Below, piece by piece: positions 17,326-29,400 of a stretch of DNA of 64,000 bases. Under the pieces are notes generated by a model. The model made no database searches. It saw nothing but the letters and a program-made list of their open reading frames with translations, and was not told where the DNA came from. Origin of the DNA: Macrostomum lignano. Lineage: Eukaryota. The translations under genes and the position numbers were made by a program. The stretch spans positions 124,001-188,000 of the forward strand of contig NIVC01001283.1 of NCBI GenBank assembly GCA_002269645.1, in the 5' to 3' direction. Every line of letters begins with the position of its first letter. Within the stretch, counting starts at the first letter, position 1.

Positions 17326-19170
17326 TTAGACTAGCAATCCATCCTGTTCCTGCATCCGTGTATTGGCTAGATTAGCAATCCATTCTATTCCTGCACCCAT
17401 GTATTGACTAGGTGTATTGGCTAGATTAGCAATCCATTCTATTCCTGCATCCGTGTATTGGCTAGATTAGCAATCCATTCTATTCCTGCATTCCGTGTAT
17501 TGGCTAGATTAGCAATCCATTCTATTCCTGCATTCGTGTATTGGCTAGATTAGCAATCCATTCTATTCCTGCATCCATGTATTGGCTAGATTAGCAATCC
17601 ATTCTATTCCTGCATCTATGTATTGGCTAGATTAGCAATCCATTCTATTCCTGCACCCGTGTATAGGCTAGATTAGCAATCCATTCTATTCCTGCATTCG
17701 TGTATTGGCTAGATTAGCAATCCATTCTATTCCTGCATCCGTGTATTGGCTAGATTAGCAATCCATTCTATTCCTGCATCCGTGTATTGACTAGATTAGC
17801 AATCCATTCTATTCCTGCATCCGTGTATTGGCTAGATTAGCAATCCATTCTATTCCTGCATCCATGCATTGGCTAGATTAGCAATCCATTCTATTCCTGC
17901 ATCCGTGTATTGGCTAGATTAGCAATCCATTCTATTCCTGCATCCATGCATTGGCTAGATTAGCAATCCATTCTATTCCTGCATCCGTGTATTGGCTAGA
18001 TTAGCAATCCATTCTATTCCTGCATCCATGCATTGGCTAGATTAGCAATCCATTCTATTCCTGCATCCGTGTATTGGCTAGATTAGCAATCCATTCTATT
18101 CCTGCATCCATGCATTGGCTAGATTAGCAATCCATTCTATTCCTGCATCCGTGTATTGGCTAGATTAGCAATCCATTCTATTCCTGCATCCGTGTATTGG
18201 CTAGATTAGCAATCCAATCTATTCCTGCATCCGTGCATTGGCTAGATTAGCAATCCATTCTATTCCTGCATCCATGCATTGGCTAGATTAGCAATCCATT
18301 CTATTCCTGCATCCGTGTATTGGCTAGATTAGCAATCCATTCTATTCCTGCATCCATGCATTGGCTAGATTAGCAATCCATTCTATTCCTGCATCCGTGT
18401 ATTGGCTAGATTAGCAATCCATTCTATTCCTGCATCCGTGCATTGGCTAGATTAGCAATCCATTCTATTCCTGCATCCATGCATTGGCTAGATTAGCAAT
18501 CCATTCTATTCCTGCATTCCGTGTATTGGCTAGATTAGCAATCCATTCTATTCCTGCATCTATGTATTGGCTAGATTAGCAATCCATTCTATTCCTGCAT
18601 TCCGTGTATTGGCTAGACTAGCAATCCATTCTATTCCTGCACCCGTGTATTGGCTAGATTAGCAATCCATTCTATTCCTGCATCCGTGTATTGGCTAGAT
18701 TAGCAATCCATTCTATTCCTGCATCCATGCATTGGCTAGATTAGCAATCCATTCTATTCCTGCATTCCGTGTATTGGCTAGATTAGCAATCCATTCTATT
18801 CCTGCATCCGTGTATTGGCTAGATTAGCAATCCATTCTATTCCTGCATTCCGTGTATTGGCTACATTAGCAATCCATTCTATTCCTGCATCCATGTATTG
18901 GCTAGATTAGCAATCCATTCTATTCCTGCATTCCGTGTATTGGCTAGATTAGCAATCCATTCTATTCCTGCATCCATGCATTGGCTAGATTAGCAATCCA
19001 TTCTATTCCTGCACCCGTGTATTGGCTAGATTAGCAATCCATTCTATTCCTGCACCCGTGTATTGGCTAGATTAGCAATCCATTCTATTCCTGCACCCGT
19101 GTATTGGCTAGATTAGCAATCCATTCTATTCCTGCACTCATGCATTGGCTAGATTAGCAATCCATTCTAT
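17326..19170. repeat. 41 bp minisatellite CCATTCTATTCCTGCATCCGTGTATTGGCTAGATTAGCAAT (~45 copies), same family as the inverted array at 53561-54192
   Basis: Directly visible. The reverse complement matches the 53.6 kb array. Confidence 0.97.
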
Positions 19171-19366
19171 TTTCCGTTTCACTAAGCGCTATTGGTGATT
19201 TATAATACCATCTGCTTCTTAACAGTAATTTAGTAACACAATAGTTTTTTTATATTTAAATTACAATAATTTTGTAATGTTAAAAGAGTTGAGTCGCAAG
19301 TATCAGACTACAGTGGTTTATTTACAGCTCATCAGAAGTACAATATGTATTCTCTTTCAGAGTTGA

Positions 19367-20116
19367 TCAGCCAAGGCCGGCAGGCAGCGCCGACTCCAAA
19401 ACGGCATGCTGGTAGCCGAGCACCGACGCGGGCTCTCCATCGGTTGTTGCCTTCAAGTCTCTTAGCAGCTTCTTCGTCGCTGCGTCCACCGCCAGAGCAA
19501 CCTGGTTAGCGAACTGGCTGTCCTGCAGCTCCTTGATCGCCGTCTGGACTCTCTGCTCGCCGACGTTGATCTTAAACAGCCTGCGGATGCCGTAAGCCGC
19601 TCGGACACCACCGGCAGCTGGCGGAAATTCGGCCATGCAAACTGAGCAGACTGTTCGAGCTTGGCGAATCACCGCGGCCTTGACAGCCTCCAGTTGGTCG
19701 GCGTCCTTCGAAGTCCAGCTGGTTCGATTGAACAGCTCCGGACTTGGCAGGCTGAGTCGGGTCAGTGGTATCAGACTCAACCTTAATAGGCCCCTCGGAG
19801 CAGTGGTTTGAAAGAATACGAACTCAACTGGCTGGTTGGCACTGTAGCAACAGGGCAGGTCGCCAGTCAGGAAGGCAGACTGGACCAGTTGTCGAGCCTC
19901 GCGCGGGGTGGCGACCCGCCTAGCAGCCAGGCAGTGGGCGCAGCCCTCGCATCCGGCATGCGACAGGGCAAAGTCTCGCTTTTCGACGCAAATTATCGCC
20001 GTTATTAGGTAGGACAGCCGGTTCAAGCGGCTATTCGTAGCTTGAATAGCGGCAGCTTGATGAAGCCATTCAGACTCCTTGTAGCTGGGCGGATTGGCAA
20101 CGTTTAGCCCCTGCAT
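19367..20116 (-). CDS. Orphan single-exon ORF, 249 aa, Cys/His-rich, function unknown
   Basis: Uninterrupted GC-rich ORF in AT-rich surroundings. HAGCEGCAHC, PCC and VCSVC motifs. A TTCTCTGTTCACAG acceptor-like site lies 2 nt before the ATG. No family recognised. Confidence 0.45.
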   Translation of the reverse strand: MQGLNVANPPSYKESEWLHQAAAIQATNSRLNRLSYLITAIICVEKRDFALSHAGCEGCAHCLAARRVATPREARQLVQSAFLTGDLPCCYSANQPVEFVFFQTTAPRGLLRLSLIPLTRLSLPSPELFNRTSWTSKDADQLEAVKAAVIRQARTVCSVCMAEFPPAAGGVRAAYGIRRLFKINVGEQRVQTAIKELQDSQFANQVALAVDAATKKLLRDLKATTDGEPASVLGYQHAVLESALPAGLG

Positions 20117-20926
20117 CGCTGTGAACAGAGAACTGCATGCAGCTGCAATTGGGTTGTTGGGCTTTATTTTTATGGTTGCTGGAAAACTACGGTCTTATTA
20201 TCAGGAACAAAACTAGTCATTGACCAAAATAGCGCAGTGGACCGCGGTGTGGAGCGTTGCAGGAATGTTTCCTATTGGCTCCTGCCTCGCTTCATCTCTT
20301 TCTCTCTCCCTCTGAAGAAACCAAAAACAATTGGTATCCATGTTTGTCCAATGAAATCTGTCTTTTGGAAACATTGGCACAACTATGGAAAAGACGGAAT
20401 TCTCAAATTGGTTGCTCCAAGGGACCCCCTTTTTGGGCCATAGACAATGAAAGCAAGTCCTCAATGGCTGGGCTACTTGCTTGCTCCTAGGCTGGATCAA
20501 GCCAGGAAAATGCTATAATCGGTTTTAAAATGGAATATCCCAGCAATCTCATGATGACTTATTTACACTCAGCAATATTGAAAAGTTTCCACCCTAGCGC
20601 GCGAAGGGTCAACGTGGATTTTAGACTCCTGTAAGCTGCTGCTGTCTGCTCCATGTAACTGTTTCCTTCGACCTGTCTGGCGTCTATGATCCAAGTTTTT
20701 GTCTATGGCCCAAGTGCGTGTTGACGAAATCATCAATCGTCTATGGCACAAGTCTGGCGACAAAAACCAGCTTTGAAACTCTACACGGCGCGAAAGTGGA
20801 AACTTTTCAATGTTGCCAGTGTATACTGACTGCACTTTTTTCCCATGGCCAGGATGGTAATCAACGGAGACTGACAGGTTCAGTGTAACTGAATTAACGA
20901 AATGGAATAAAACTATAGAACTACCT

Positions 20927-22640
20927 GCTTGACTTACTTGACTTAGCTGCAGGGCTGTCCCGGGGGTACACAGCGGGAAGGCGCGAACGCCCATTCCGCT
21001 AATCCCTGAACGGCCGACGCGTCGCTATGGACGAAGGGTTGGCGCCGCCCAGGGAGGTCCCCCAGTGTCGCCAGCAGCTATAGTGCTCTCTGGAAAGGAG
21101 AGTTCAGCCCTGCGGGTGGCCCGGAGGTAGCGCATGAGCTGATTAAAGTTTTTCGGGTTTGCACGCTTCAGTAATAGATGTGTGTGGCCCGAGGTCAGTG
21201 AGTCTGGCTCGCGTAAAGGCGGGACAGATGCTGACGAAATGATCAGCGGTTTCGTCACCTGAGTTACAGAAACTGCAGATGGCGTTGGTGGCGTTGCCCT
21301 GCAGGTACTGGTGCCTAGAGAAGCAGCCGTGACCTGAGAGGGTCATGGTGGCAGCCCGGATGTCTCTGCGCGAGAGGCGCAAGAAGATCTTCCGGAGCTG
21401 GTGAGAGGGCTGAGGGACAGCGCCTCTGGATTGCCTGCAGGTAGTGCAGTTCGCCCAAGTCGAGCGGTGCTGGGTCCTGATCCACGCTTTGATGCGCAAG
21501 TCGATGACACAGCCAGGAATTGGGACAAAGGGTTCGGGACCGAGAGAGGAGCCGGAGGCGCCAACTTTTGCAAGGGCGTCAGCCAACTCATTTCCTCGGA
21601 TCCCCACATGCCCCGGAACCCACTTAAGGGTGATTTTGTTGGCGGAGCCCAACTTGTTGAGGAGTTTGATACAGTCGAGGACTGTATCAGAATACAGCCA
21701 CTGATGGCGTGCAAGGCAGTTTGGTTGTCCCAATGGAAAATGATGTTCTTACCGGTTCTTACCGGGTTGCGATGACCCTCCCGTTCAGGAAGATTCCAAC
21801 ACCAAAGCCGGTGTTGGCTGACTGCTTTGAACCGTCGGTGTAGCAATGAAGCTCACCGGGGTTCCAGTGGTCATTGATGATATCGCGCGAATCGATAGCT
21901 ACGGAGTAGCGTTGTCTCAGTTTGAGCGTTGAGGCAATGCCATCGGTGAAGACGCGATTGGCCTGACACTCGTTGAGAATGTTGAGCCACAGCTGGTCGC
22001 TATGCGGGACGAGGTTCCGCTTAGCAGGTGCCCTCATGTAAAGGAATTTGACACCGGCATCAAGTAAACGCCGCGTCGTTCTAGCCGCCTCACCCCTGAC
22101 GAAGAGGTCGAGAGGCGGTAGATCAAGGAAGGCCCCCATGCCGGCAAAGGGCGTGGACCTGGTGGCGTTGCAGATAAGCCTACACGCTCTGCCCTGGATC
22201 GTGTTGAGCAAATCTGCGTGGCTTTTGACCTGGGTAGCGCTAACCCAGACAACCGAGGCGTACGTAATGGCAGGTCTAACTACGGAAGTGTAGATCCACC
22301 AAAGCCGTTTTGGGGAAAGACCCCAAGAGGTGCCAAGTGCTCGACGGAGCTGGGCCAGGATGGCTGAGGCACGCTTGGCTTTTGCTTTCACGTGGAAGGA
22401 CCAGTGGAGCCGGTGGTCAAGTATGACCCCGAGACATCTGGTCTGGTGCGCGAAGGCAATATCCCTGCCGTATAGCTGCAGAGGTCGAACTACCTGCTGT
22501 ACGCAGAGATTCTCGGGTCTGAAAATTTCGAAAGAGGTAGTGACACCTCGCAGTGGTGCACCTCTCCGATGAAGTGCTCCGTATTCTCAACACTGCGGAG
22601 ACGCAGAATGGGCGTTCCTCAGTGCGGAGTTCTGAAGATA
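20927..22640 (-). mobile_element. 5'-truncated, frameshifted non-LTR retrotransposon with RT thumb and RNase H (I/Loa-group-like)
   Basis: LQLYGRDIAFAHQTRCLGVILDHRLHW, WGLSPKRLWWIYTSVVRPAITYASVVW, RNase H CYTDGSK and WVPGHVGIRGNELADALAK, C-terminal CSFC...HFVSIC zinc knuckle. Several frameshifts. The 3' end has a short TAAGTCAAG tandem tail. Confidence 0.88.
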
Positions 22641-23089
22641 GCGATGCATAAGGCAAAGCAGCTGTGACCTTAGAGGGCCATGGTGTCCAAATGGTATTTA
22701 TAAATATAAATATTTATACGACTTGCGTACCAGTATGAAGAATTTACATATCGAACATGTGTGCGTTGATGATTCAGTTCTAACCATCAGTCTACCAATA
22801 GTCTACCAATATTTCACGCTTATTATAGCTGCATAAACCCAGGGACTACTCAAACACCGGGACGGGAAACTAGGAATTTTTTACGAGGCTGGTCTTTTAT
22901 CAGCAGTAGAAAATAACCATAGACAACAAAGTAACACAGCATCTCTCTAATGTGTTTGAGGTAGTCCCTGCATAAACCATTTCGTGTACGAGCCGGCGTT
23001 TGTTTATTATACACTCGTACGAAGTACAAGTCCGGCAAACTGACTAAAAATGACTTTTGACTGGTTTTTGATTTTCAAGATTAAAACCA

Positions 23090-23502
23090 TTTTAGCGCCG
23101 CAGGCACTCATTTTAGCACCGCAGGTACTCATTTTAGCGCCGCAGACACTCATTTTAGCACCGCAGGTACTCATTTTAGCGCCGCATGAACTCATTTTAG
23201 CACCGCAGGCACTCATTTTAGCGCCGCAGGCACTCATTTTAGCGCCGCAGCAACTCATTTTAGCGCCGCAGCAACTCATTTTAGCACCGCAGGCACTCAT
23301 TTTAGCGCCGCAGCAACTCATTTTAGCGCCTTAGGCACTCATTTTAGCGCCTTAGGCACTCATTTTAGCGCCGCAGCAACTCATTTTAGCGCCTTAGGCA
23401 CTCATTTTAGCGCCTTAGGCACTCATTTTAGCGCCGCAGGCACTCATTTTGGCAACGCAGGCACTCATTTTAGCGCCGAAGGCACTATATTTTGGCGCCC
23501 TG
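23090..23502. repeat. 21 bp minisatellite TTTTAGCGCCGCAGGCACTCA
   Basis: Directly visible, ~19 copies. Source of the ILAPQAL and CGAKMS ORFs. Confidence 0.95.
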
Positions 23503-24407
23503 AAGAAAAATGATTGATTACCACAATGGGTCACAAAGTGGGTTACGTGGGTTGTGGGGACAAAGCATTTGCATGCCCCCCATAGCTTTTACTGAGGGGG
23601 GGGACATGTCCTCCCTGTCCCCCCCCCGGTGGCGACGCGCCTGGCTGTGCATGAGTACACGCTGTGTAGGCGTCTGTATGACTGTATGAGTGCATGCCAG
23701 GGTGCCTCTCAGTGTTGCAGGTGGCAAGACCATGGCGCGAGTGTCCTGGGAATAGTTATTTTTATTTATGAGTAACTTCGTTGGCTGACTGCCCATCTAT
23801 TTTGTTTTGCTGGTCTTGGCAGGCGGCCAAAAGCATCAAATATTTGGTTAGTAATAAAGCCTATTTTCAGATGCCGAAATACGATAACAAAACTGGGCAA
23901 CTTGGCGCTTGCACTTTAACATTTGTTGCTAAGAGCAGCTAGAAGTCAGTCGGCTTTAGGAAACCGCCCTTGAAGACTAAATTCAGTATTCAGGAAGTGC
24001 AGCATTGATCGTAGAAAGCCTTTTTGAGGTCTGGCCGTATTGCTCAATAGAGGCGGCACAGAACCGCAAGGCAGAATCGGCATGCTGTCAAAAAACCAAA
24101 AAAGATGCCCCGCGCAAGGATTCATTGCTGATGCAAAATAGAAGCAGACAAGAATGTTGCTTGAACAAGGGCCGAGTGTTTCTGAACTCTTCCAAACGTA
24201 AACCTCATTTTAGTACATGTTGATAGTTAGGAACTATGGCATCACTACACTATCTTCCGCCTACTATTAACTGTATGTTGCAGGATGAGTGAGTTACAAC
24301 AGGCTATTTTTATGCGCAATTCACAAGCGCAGAGCTGCGCAGAACGATTTCGGGGATAAGTTGTTAAGAGAAAAATAACGAGTCAGTCATAATTATGGAA
24401 ATCGAAA

Positions 24408-24985
24408 GGGTGACACTGGTCCAGCAACTGAGGATCTGGGAAGGGGGTGACACTGGTCCAGCAACTGAGGATCTGGGAAAGGGGTGACACTGGTCCAGCA
24501 ACTGAGGATCTGGGAAGGGGGGGGTGACACTGGTCCAGCAACCGAGGATCTGGGAAGGGGGTGACACTGGCCCAGCAACTGAGGATCTGGGAAGGGGGGG
24601 GTGACACTGGTCCAGCAACTGAGGATCTGGGAAGGGGGGGGGGTGACACTGGTCCAGCAACTGAGGATCTGGGAAGGGGGTGACACTGGCCCAGCAACTG
24701 AGGATCTGGGAAGGGGGGGTGACACTGGTCCAGCAACTGAGGATCTGGGAAGGGGGTGACACTGGCCCAGCAACTGAGGATCTGGGAAGGGGGTGACACT
24801 GGTCCAGCAACTGAGGATCTGGGAAGGGGGTGACACTGGTCCAGCAACTGAGGATCTGGGAAGGGGGTGACACTGGTCCAGCAACTGGGGATCTGAGAGG
24901 CTGGTCCAGCAACTGAGGATTTGGGAGGCTGGCCCAGCAACTGAGGATATGGGAAGGTGGCCCAGCAAATAAGGATTTTGGAGGC
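24408..24985. repeat. ~35-39 bp minisatellite GTGACACTGGTCCAGCAACTGAGGATCTGGGAAGGGG with a variable G-run
   Basis: Directly visible. Confidence 0.95.
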
Positions 24986-25764
24986 TGGCGGTATCTGCAT
25001 CCGCATCAGTCTAGAATCAGCTACTTAGTATCTCTTACTTAACGTCTCTGTAAGCGCTCAAAGTGTGTTTGTCTGGCGCAGTGAGATGACGCAGTGAAGG
25101 CAGTCTCGTGATGCAGCACGTGACCGCAGAATGCCTACTTGGTGACACACAGCCGCAGTGTCACAGTATCAAAAGAAAATAAGTACAAAAAACGACTGAC
25201 TAAAAGGTCTATTTATATAATATGCTGCTGAACGAGGCAAGTAAGTTAATTTCTTATTTTTATTTTGGAAAAACTACAATAAGTCGATAACGCCAGACGT
25301 ACATTTCTATTACAGTTACGATCTTCAAGCTCAATTCAGCTGCAGAAAATCCATGGCGCTAAACAATATACCGCGAATGTGTAATTTTTTACAGTCGAAA
25401 GACTATTTTATCTATATATAATTTTTTATACTACTTATCAATAAGTAGTTTAACAGTAGTAGTAAAAAATAGAGAGGTTACATCCTACTGATTTCGGCTA
25501 GTAGGTTTAAAAATACAGTCAGCTGTCAAGATCGCGAGTGAATTGGGGCGGATAGGAAGAAGCAGATAAAGTAGAGCCAGAAATCTATTTATGGGAAAAT
25601 CGATTCGTGCTGTAATTGCTCACTCTTCCGCACAATGGGCGATACCTGCCCCAGTGGTGCATAAAGTATTTAATAGCTTCATTGCTAAGATAAAAACAAA
25701 ATAAACTAATTTATTAACTAATTAACACAAAGTATGAAATAAGCCAATATTGTGCTACTGACAC

Positions 25765-26340
25765 TATAAACCCAGGCCTCAATTATGATAAGAACCAATA
25801 TAAACCCAGGCCTCAATTATGATAAGAACCAATATAAACCCAGGCCTCAATTATGATAAGAACCAATATAAACCCAGGCCTCAATTATGATAAGAACCAA
25901 TGTAAACCCAGGCCTCAATTATGATAAGAACCAATATAAACCCAGGCCTCAATTATGATAAGAACCAATATAAACCCAGGCCTCAATTATGATAAGAACC
26001 AATATAAACCCAGGCCTCAATTATGATAAGAACCAATGTAAACCCAGGCCTCAATTATGATAAGAACCAATATAAACCTAGGCCTCAATTATGATAAGAG
26101 CCAATATGAACCCAGGCCTCAATTATGATAAGAACCAATATAAACCTAGGCCTCAATTATGATAAGAACCAATATAAACCCAGGTCTTAATTATGATAAG
26201 AGCCAATATGAACCTAGGCTTCAATTATGATAAGAGCCAATATGAACCTAGGCTTCAATTATGATAAGAACAAATATAAACCCAGGTCTCAATCAAGATA
26301 AGAAGCCATATAAACCCAGGCCTCAATTATGATAAGAACA
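25765..26340. repeat. 34 bp minisatellite ATAAACCCAGGCCTCAATTATGATAAGAACCAAT just downstream of the ABCB6 stop
   Basis: Directly visible, ~17 copies. Confidence 0.95.
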
Positions 26341-26450
26341 ATTAATTCGGAATTCCCAGAAACAGCAGTTCTAGGAATATTTCCAGCAGTTCCGTCCAAG
26401 CAAGAGTTTAAGCCACTTCCAAATCCACAGTCAAACACAAGTCAGGCAGA

Positions 26451-29400
26451 CTAGATCTCAGCTGTCTCATTCTCCTTAGCCAGTTCGTCAGACTCCAGCT
26501 TCTGCTGACGCCACATGCTAGCATAGAGACCGCCAGACTGCACCAGAGCATCGTGCGAGCCGCGTTCAACAATCTCGCCGTCATGCAACACCAAGATGAC
26601 ATCGGCACCAACTATGGTGGACAGTCGGTGAGCAACTACCAGAGTGGTGCGGCCTGAGCAGACCCGATCTAGACTAGCTTGAATATTCCTCTCCGTTGCC
26701 GTGTCCAATGCGCTAGTGGCCTCATCTAGCAGTACAATTCTCGGCCCTTTGAGCAGTGTTCGAGCTATAGCTACTCGCTGTTTCTCGCCGCCGCTGAGCT
26801 TGAGACCTCGCTCGCCAACTACGGTATCGTAGCCGCTTGGAAAGCTCAGAATGCGGCTGTGAATGTCCGCTAGGGTGGCCGCCTGCTCTACCTGAGAGTT
26901 GAGTTGATAGCAGAGGACATGGTAGATGATGGGTAGTTTCGGATAGATGATGAGTAGTTTCGGATAGATGATGGGTAGTTTCGGGTAGATGATGGGTAGT
27001 TTTGGGTAGATGATGGGTACTTTTGGGTAGATGATGGGTAGTTTTGGGTAGATGATGGGTAGTTTCGGATAGATGATGGGTAGTTTTGGGTAGATGATAG
27101 GTAGTTTTGGGTAGATGATGGGTAGTTTTGCTGTTTTGGGTAGATGATGGGTAGTTTCGGGTAGATGATGGGCAGTTTCGGGTAGATGATGGGTAGTTTT
27201 GGGTAGATGATGGGCAGTTTTGCTGTTCTGGGTAGATGATGGGTAGTTTCGGGTAGATGATGGGCAGTTTCGGGTAGATGATGGGTAGTTATGGGTAGTT
27301 TTGGGTAGATGATGGGTAGTTTCGGGTAGATGATGGGTAGTTTCGGGTAGATGATCGGTAGTTTCGGGTAGATGATCGGTAGTTTCGGGTAGATGATTGG
27401 TAGTTTTGAGTAGATGATGGGTAGTTTTGGGTAGATGATGGGCAGTTTCGGGTAGATGATAAGCAGTTTTGGGTAGATGATGGTCAGTTTCGGGTAGATG
27501 ATGGGTAGATGATGGGTAGTTTTGGGTAGATGATGGGCAGTTTTGAGTAGATGATGGGTAGTTTTGGGTAGATGATAGGTAGTTTTGGGTAGATGATGGG
27601 TAGTTTCGGGTAGATGATGGGTAGTTTCGGGTAGATGATGGGTAGTTATGGGTAGATGATGGGTAGTTTCGGGTAGATGATGGGTAGTTTCGGGTAGATG
27701 ATCGGTAGTTTCGGGTAGATGATCGGTAGTTTCGGGTAGATGATTGGTAGTTTTGAGTAGATGATGGGTAGTTTTGGGTAGATGATGGGCAGTTTCGGGT
27801 AGATGATAAGCAGTTTTGGGTAGATGATGGTCAGTTTCGGGTAGATGATGGGTAGTTATGGGTAGTTTTGGGTAGATGATGGGTAGTTTTGGGTAGATGA
27901 TGGGCAGTTTTGAGTAGATGATGGGTAGTTTTGGGTAGATGATGGGTAGTTTTGGGTAGATGATGGGTAGTTTCGGGTAGATGATGGGCAGTTTCGGGTA
28001 GATGATGGGTAGTTATGGGTAGATGATGGGTAGTTTCGGGTAGATGATGGGTAGTTTCGGGTAGATGATCGGTAGTTTCGGGTAGATGATTGGTAGTTTT
28101 GAGTAGATGATGGGTAGTTTTGGGTAGATGATGGGCAGTTTCGGGTAGATGATAAGCAGTTTTGGGTAGATGATGGGTAGTTTCGGGTAGATGATGGTCA
28201 GTTTCGGGTAGATGATGGGTAGTTTCGGGTAGATGACGGGTAGTTTCGGGTAGATAATGGGTAGTTTTGGGTAGATGATGGGTAGCTTCGGGTAGATGAT
28301 GGGCAGTTTTGGGTAGATGATGGGCAGTTTTGGGTAGATGATGGGCAGTTTCGGGTAGATGATGGGCAGTTTTGGGTAGATGATGGGCAGTTTCGGGTAG
28401 ATGATGGGTAGTTTCGGGTAGATGATGGGTAGTTTCGGGTAGATGATGGGTAGTTTCGGGTAGATGATGGGTAGTTTCGGGTAGATGATGGGTAGTTTTG
28501 GGTAGATTATGGGTAGTTTCGGATAGATGATGGGTAGTTTTGGGTAGATGATAGGTAGTTTTGGGTAGATGATGGGTAGTTATGCTGTTTTGGGTAGTTT
28601 TGGGTAGATGATAGGTAGTTTTGGGTAGATGATGGGTAGTTTTGCTGTTTTGGGTAGATGATGGGTAGTTTCGGGTAGATGATGGGCAGTTTCGGGTAGA
28701 TGATGGGTAGTTATGGGTAGTTTTGGGTAGATGATGGGTAGTTTCGGGTAGATGATGGGTAGTTTCAGGTAGATGATGGGTAGTTTTGGGTAGATGATGG
28801 GCAGTTTTGAGTAGATGATGGGTAGTTTCGGGTAGATGATGGGTAGTTTCGGGTAGATGATGGGTAGTTATGGGTAGTTTTGGGTAGATGATGGGCAGTT
28901 TTGAGTAGATGATGGGTAGTTTTGGGTAGATGATGGGTAGTTTCGGGTAGATGATGGGCAGTTTCGGGTAGATTATGGGTAGTTATGGGTAGTTTTGGGT
29001 AGATGATGGGTAGTTTCGGGTAGATGATGGGTAGTTTCAGGTAGATGATGGGTAGTTTTGGGTAAATGATGGGCAGTTTTGAGTAGATGATGGGTAGTTT
29101 TGGGTAGATGATGGGTAGTTTTGGGTAGATGATGGGTAGTTTCGGGTAGATGATGGGCAGTTTCGGGTAGATGATGGGTAGTTATGGGTAGATGATGGGT
29201 AGTTTCGGGTAGATGATGGGTAGTTTTGGGTAGATGATTGGTAGTTTTGGGTAGATGATCGGTAGTTTCGGGTAGATGATGGGCAGTTTTGAGTAGATGA
29301 TGGGTAGTTTTGGGTAGATGATGGGCAGTTTCGGGTAGATGATAAGCAGTTTTGGGTAGATGATGGGTAGTTTCGGGTAGATGATGGTCAGTTTCGGGTA

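Noticed and set aside
17326-19170. Regular 30-41 bp repeats that could be mistaken for CRISPR arrays
   Set aside because: No unique spacers between repeats, no cas genes, and a eukaryotic context.
20433-20713. Inverted TTGGGCCATAGACAA ends suggesting a MITE
   Set aside because: No target-site duplication and only ~15 bp of inverted match. Left unannotated, although the CCATAGAC motif recurs elsewhere.
22840-23502. Possible hAT MITE (CAGGG ends) around the 21 bp array
   Set aside because: Only 5 bp of inverted identity and no 8 bp TSD.
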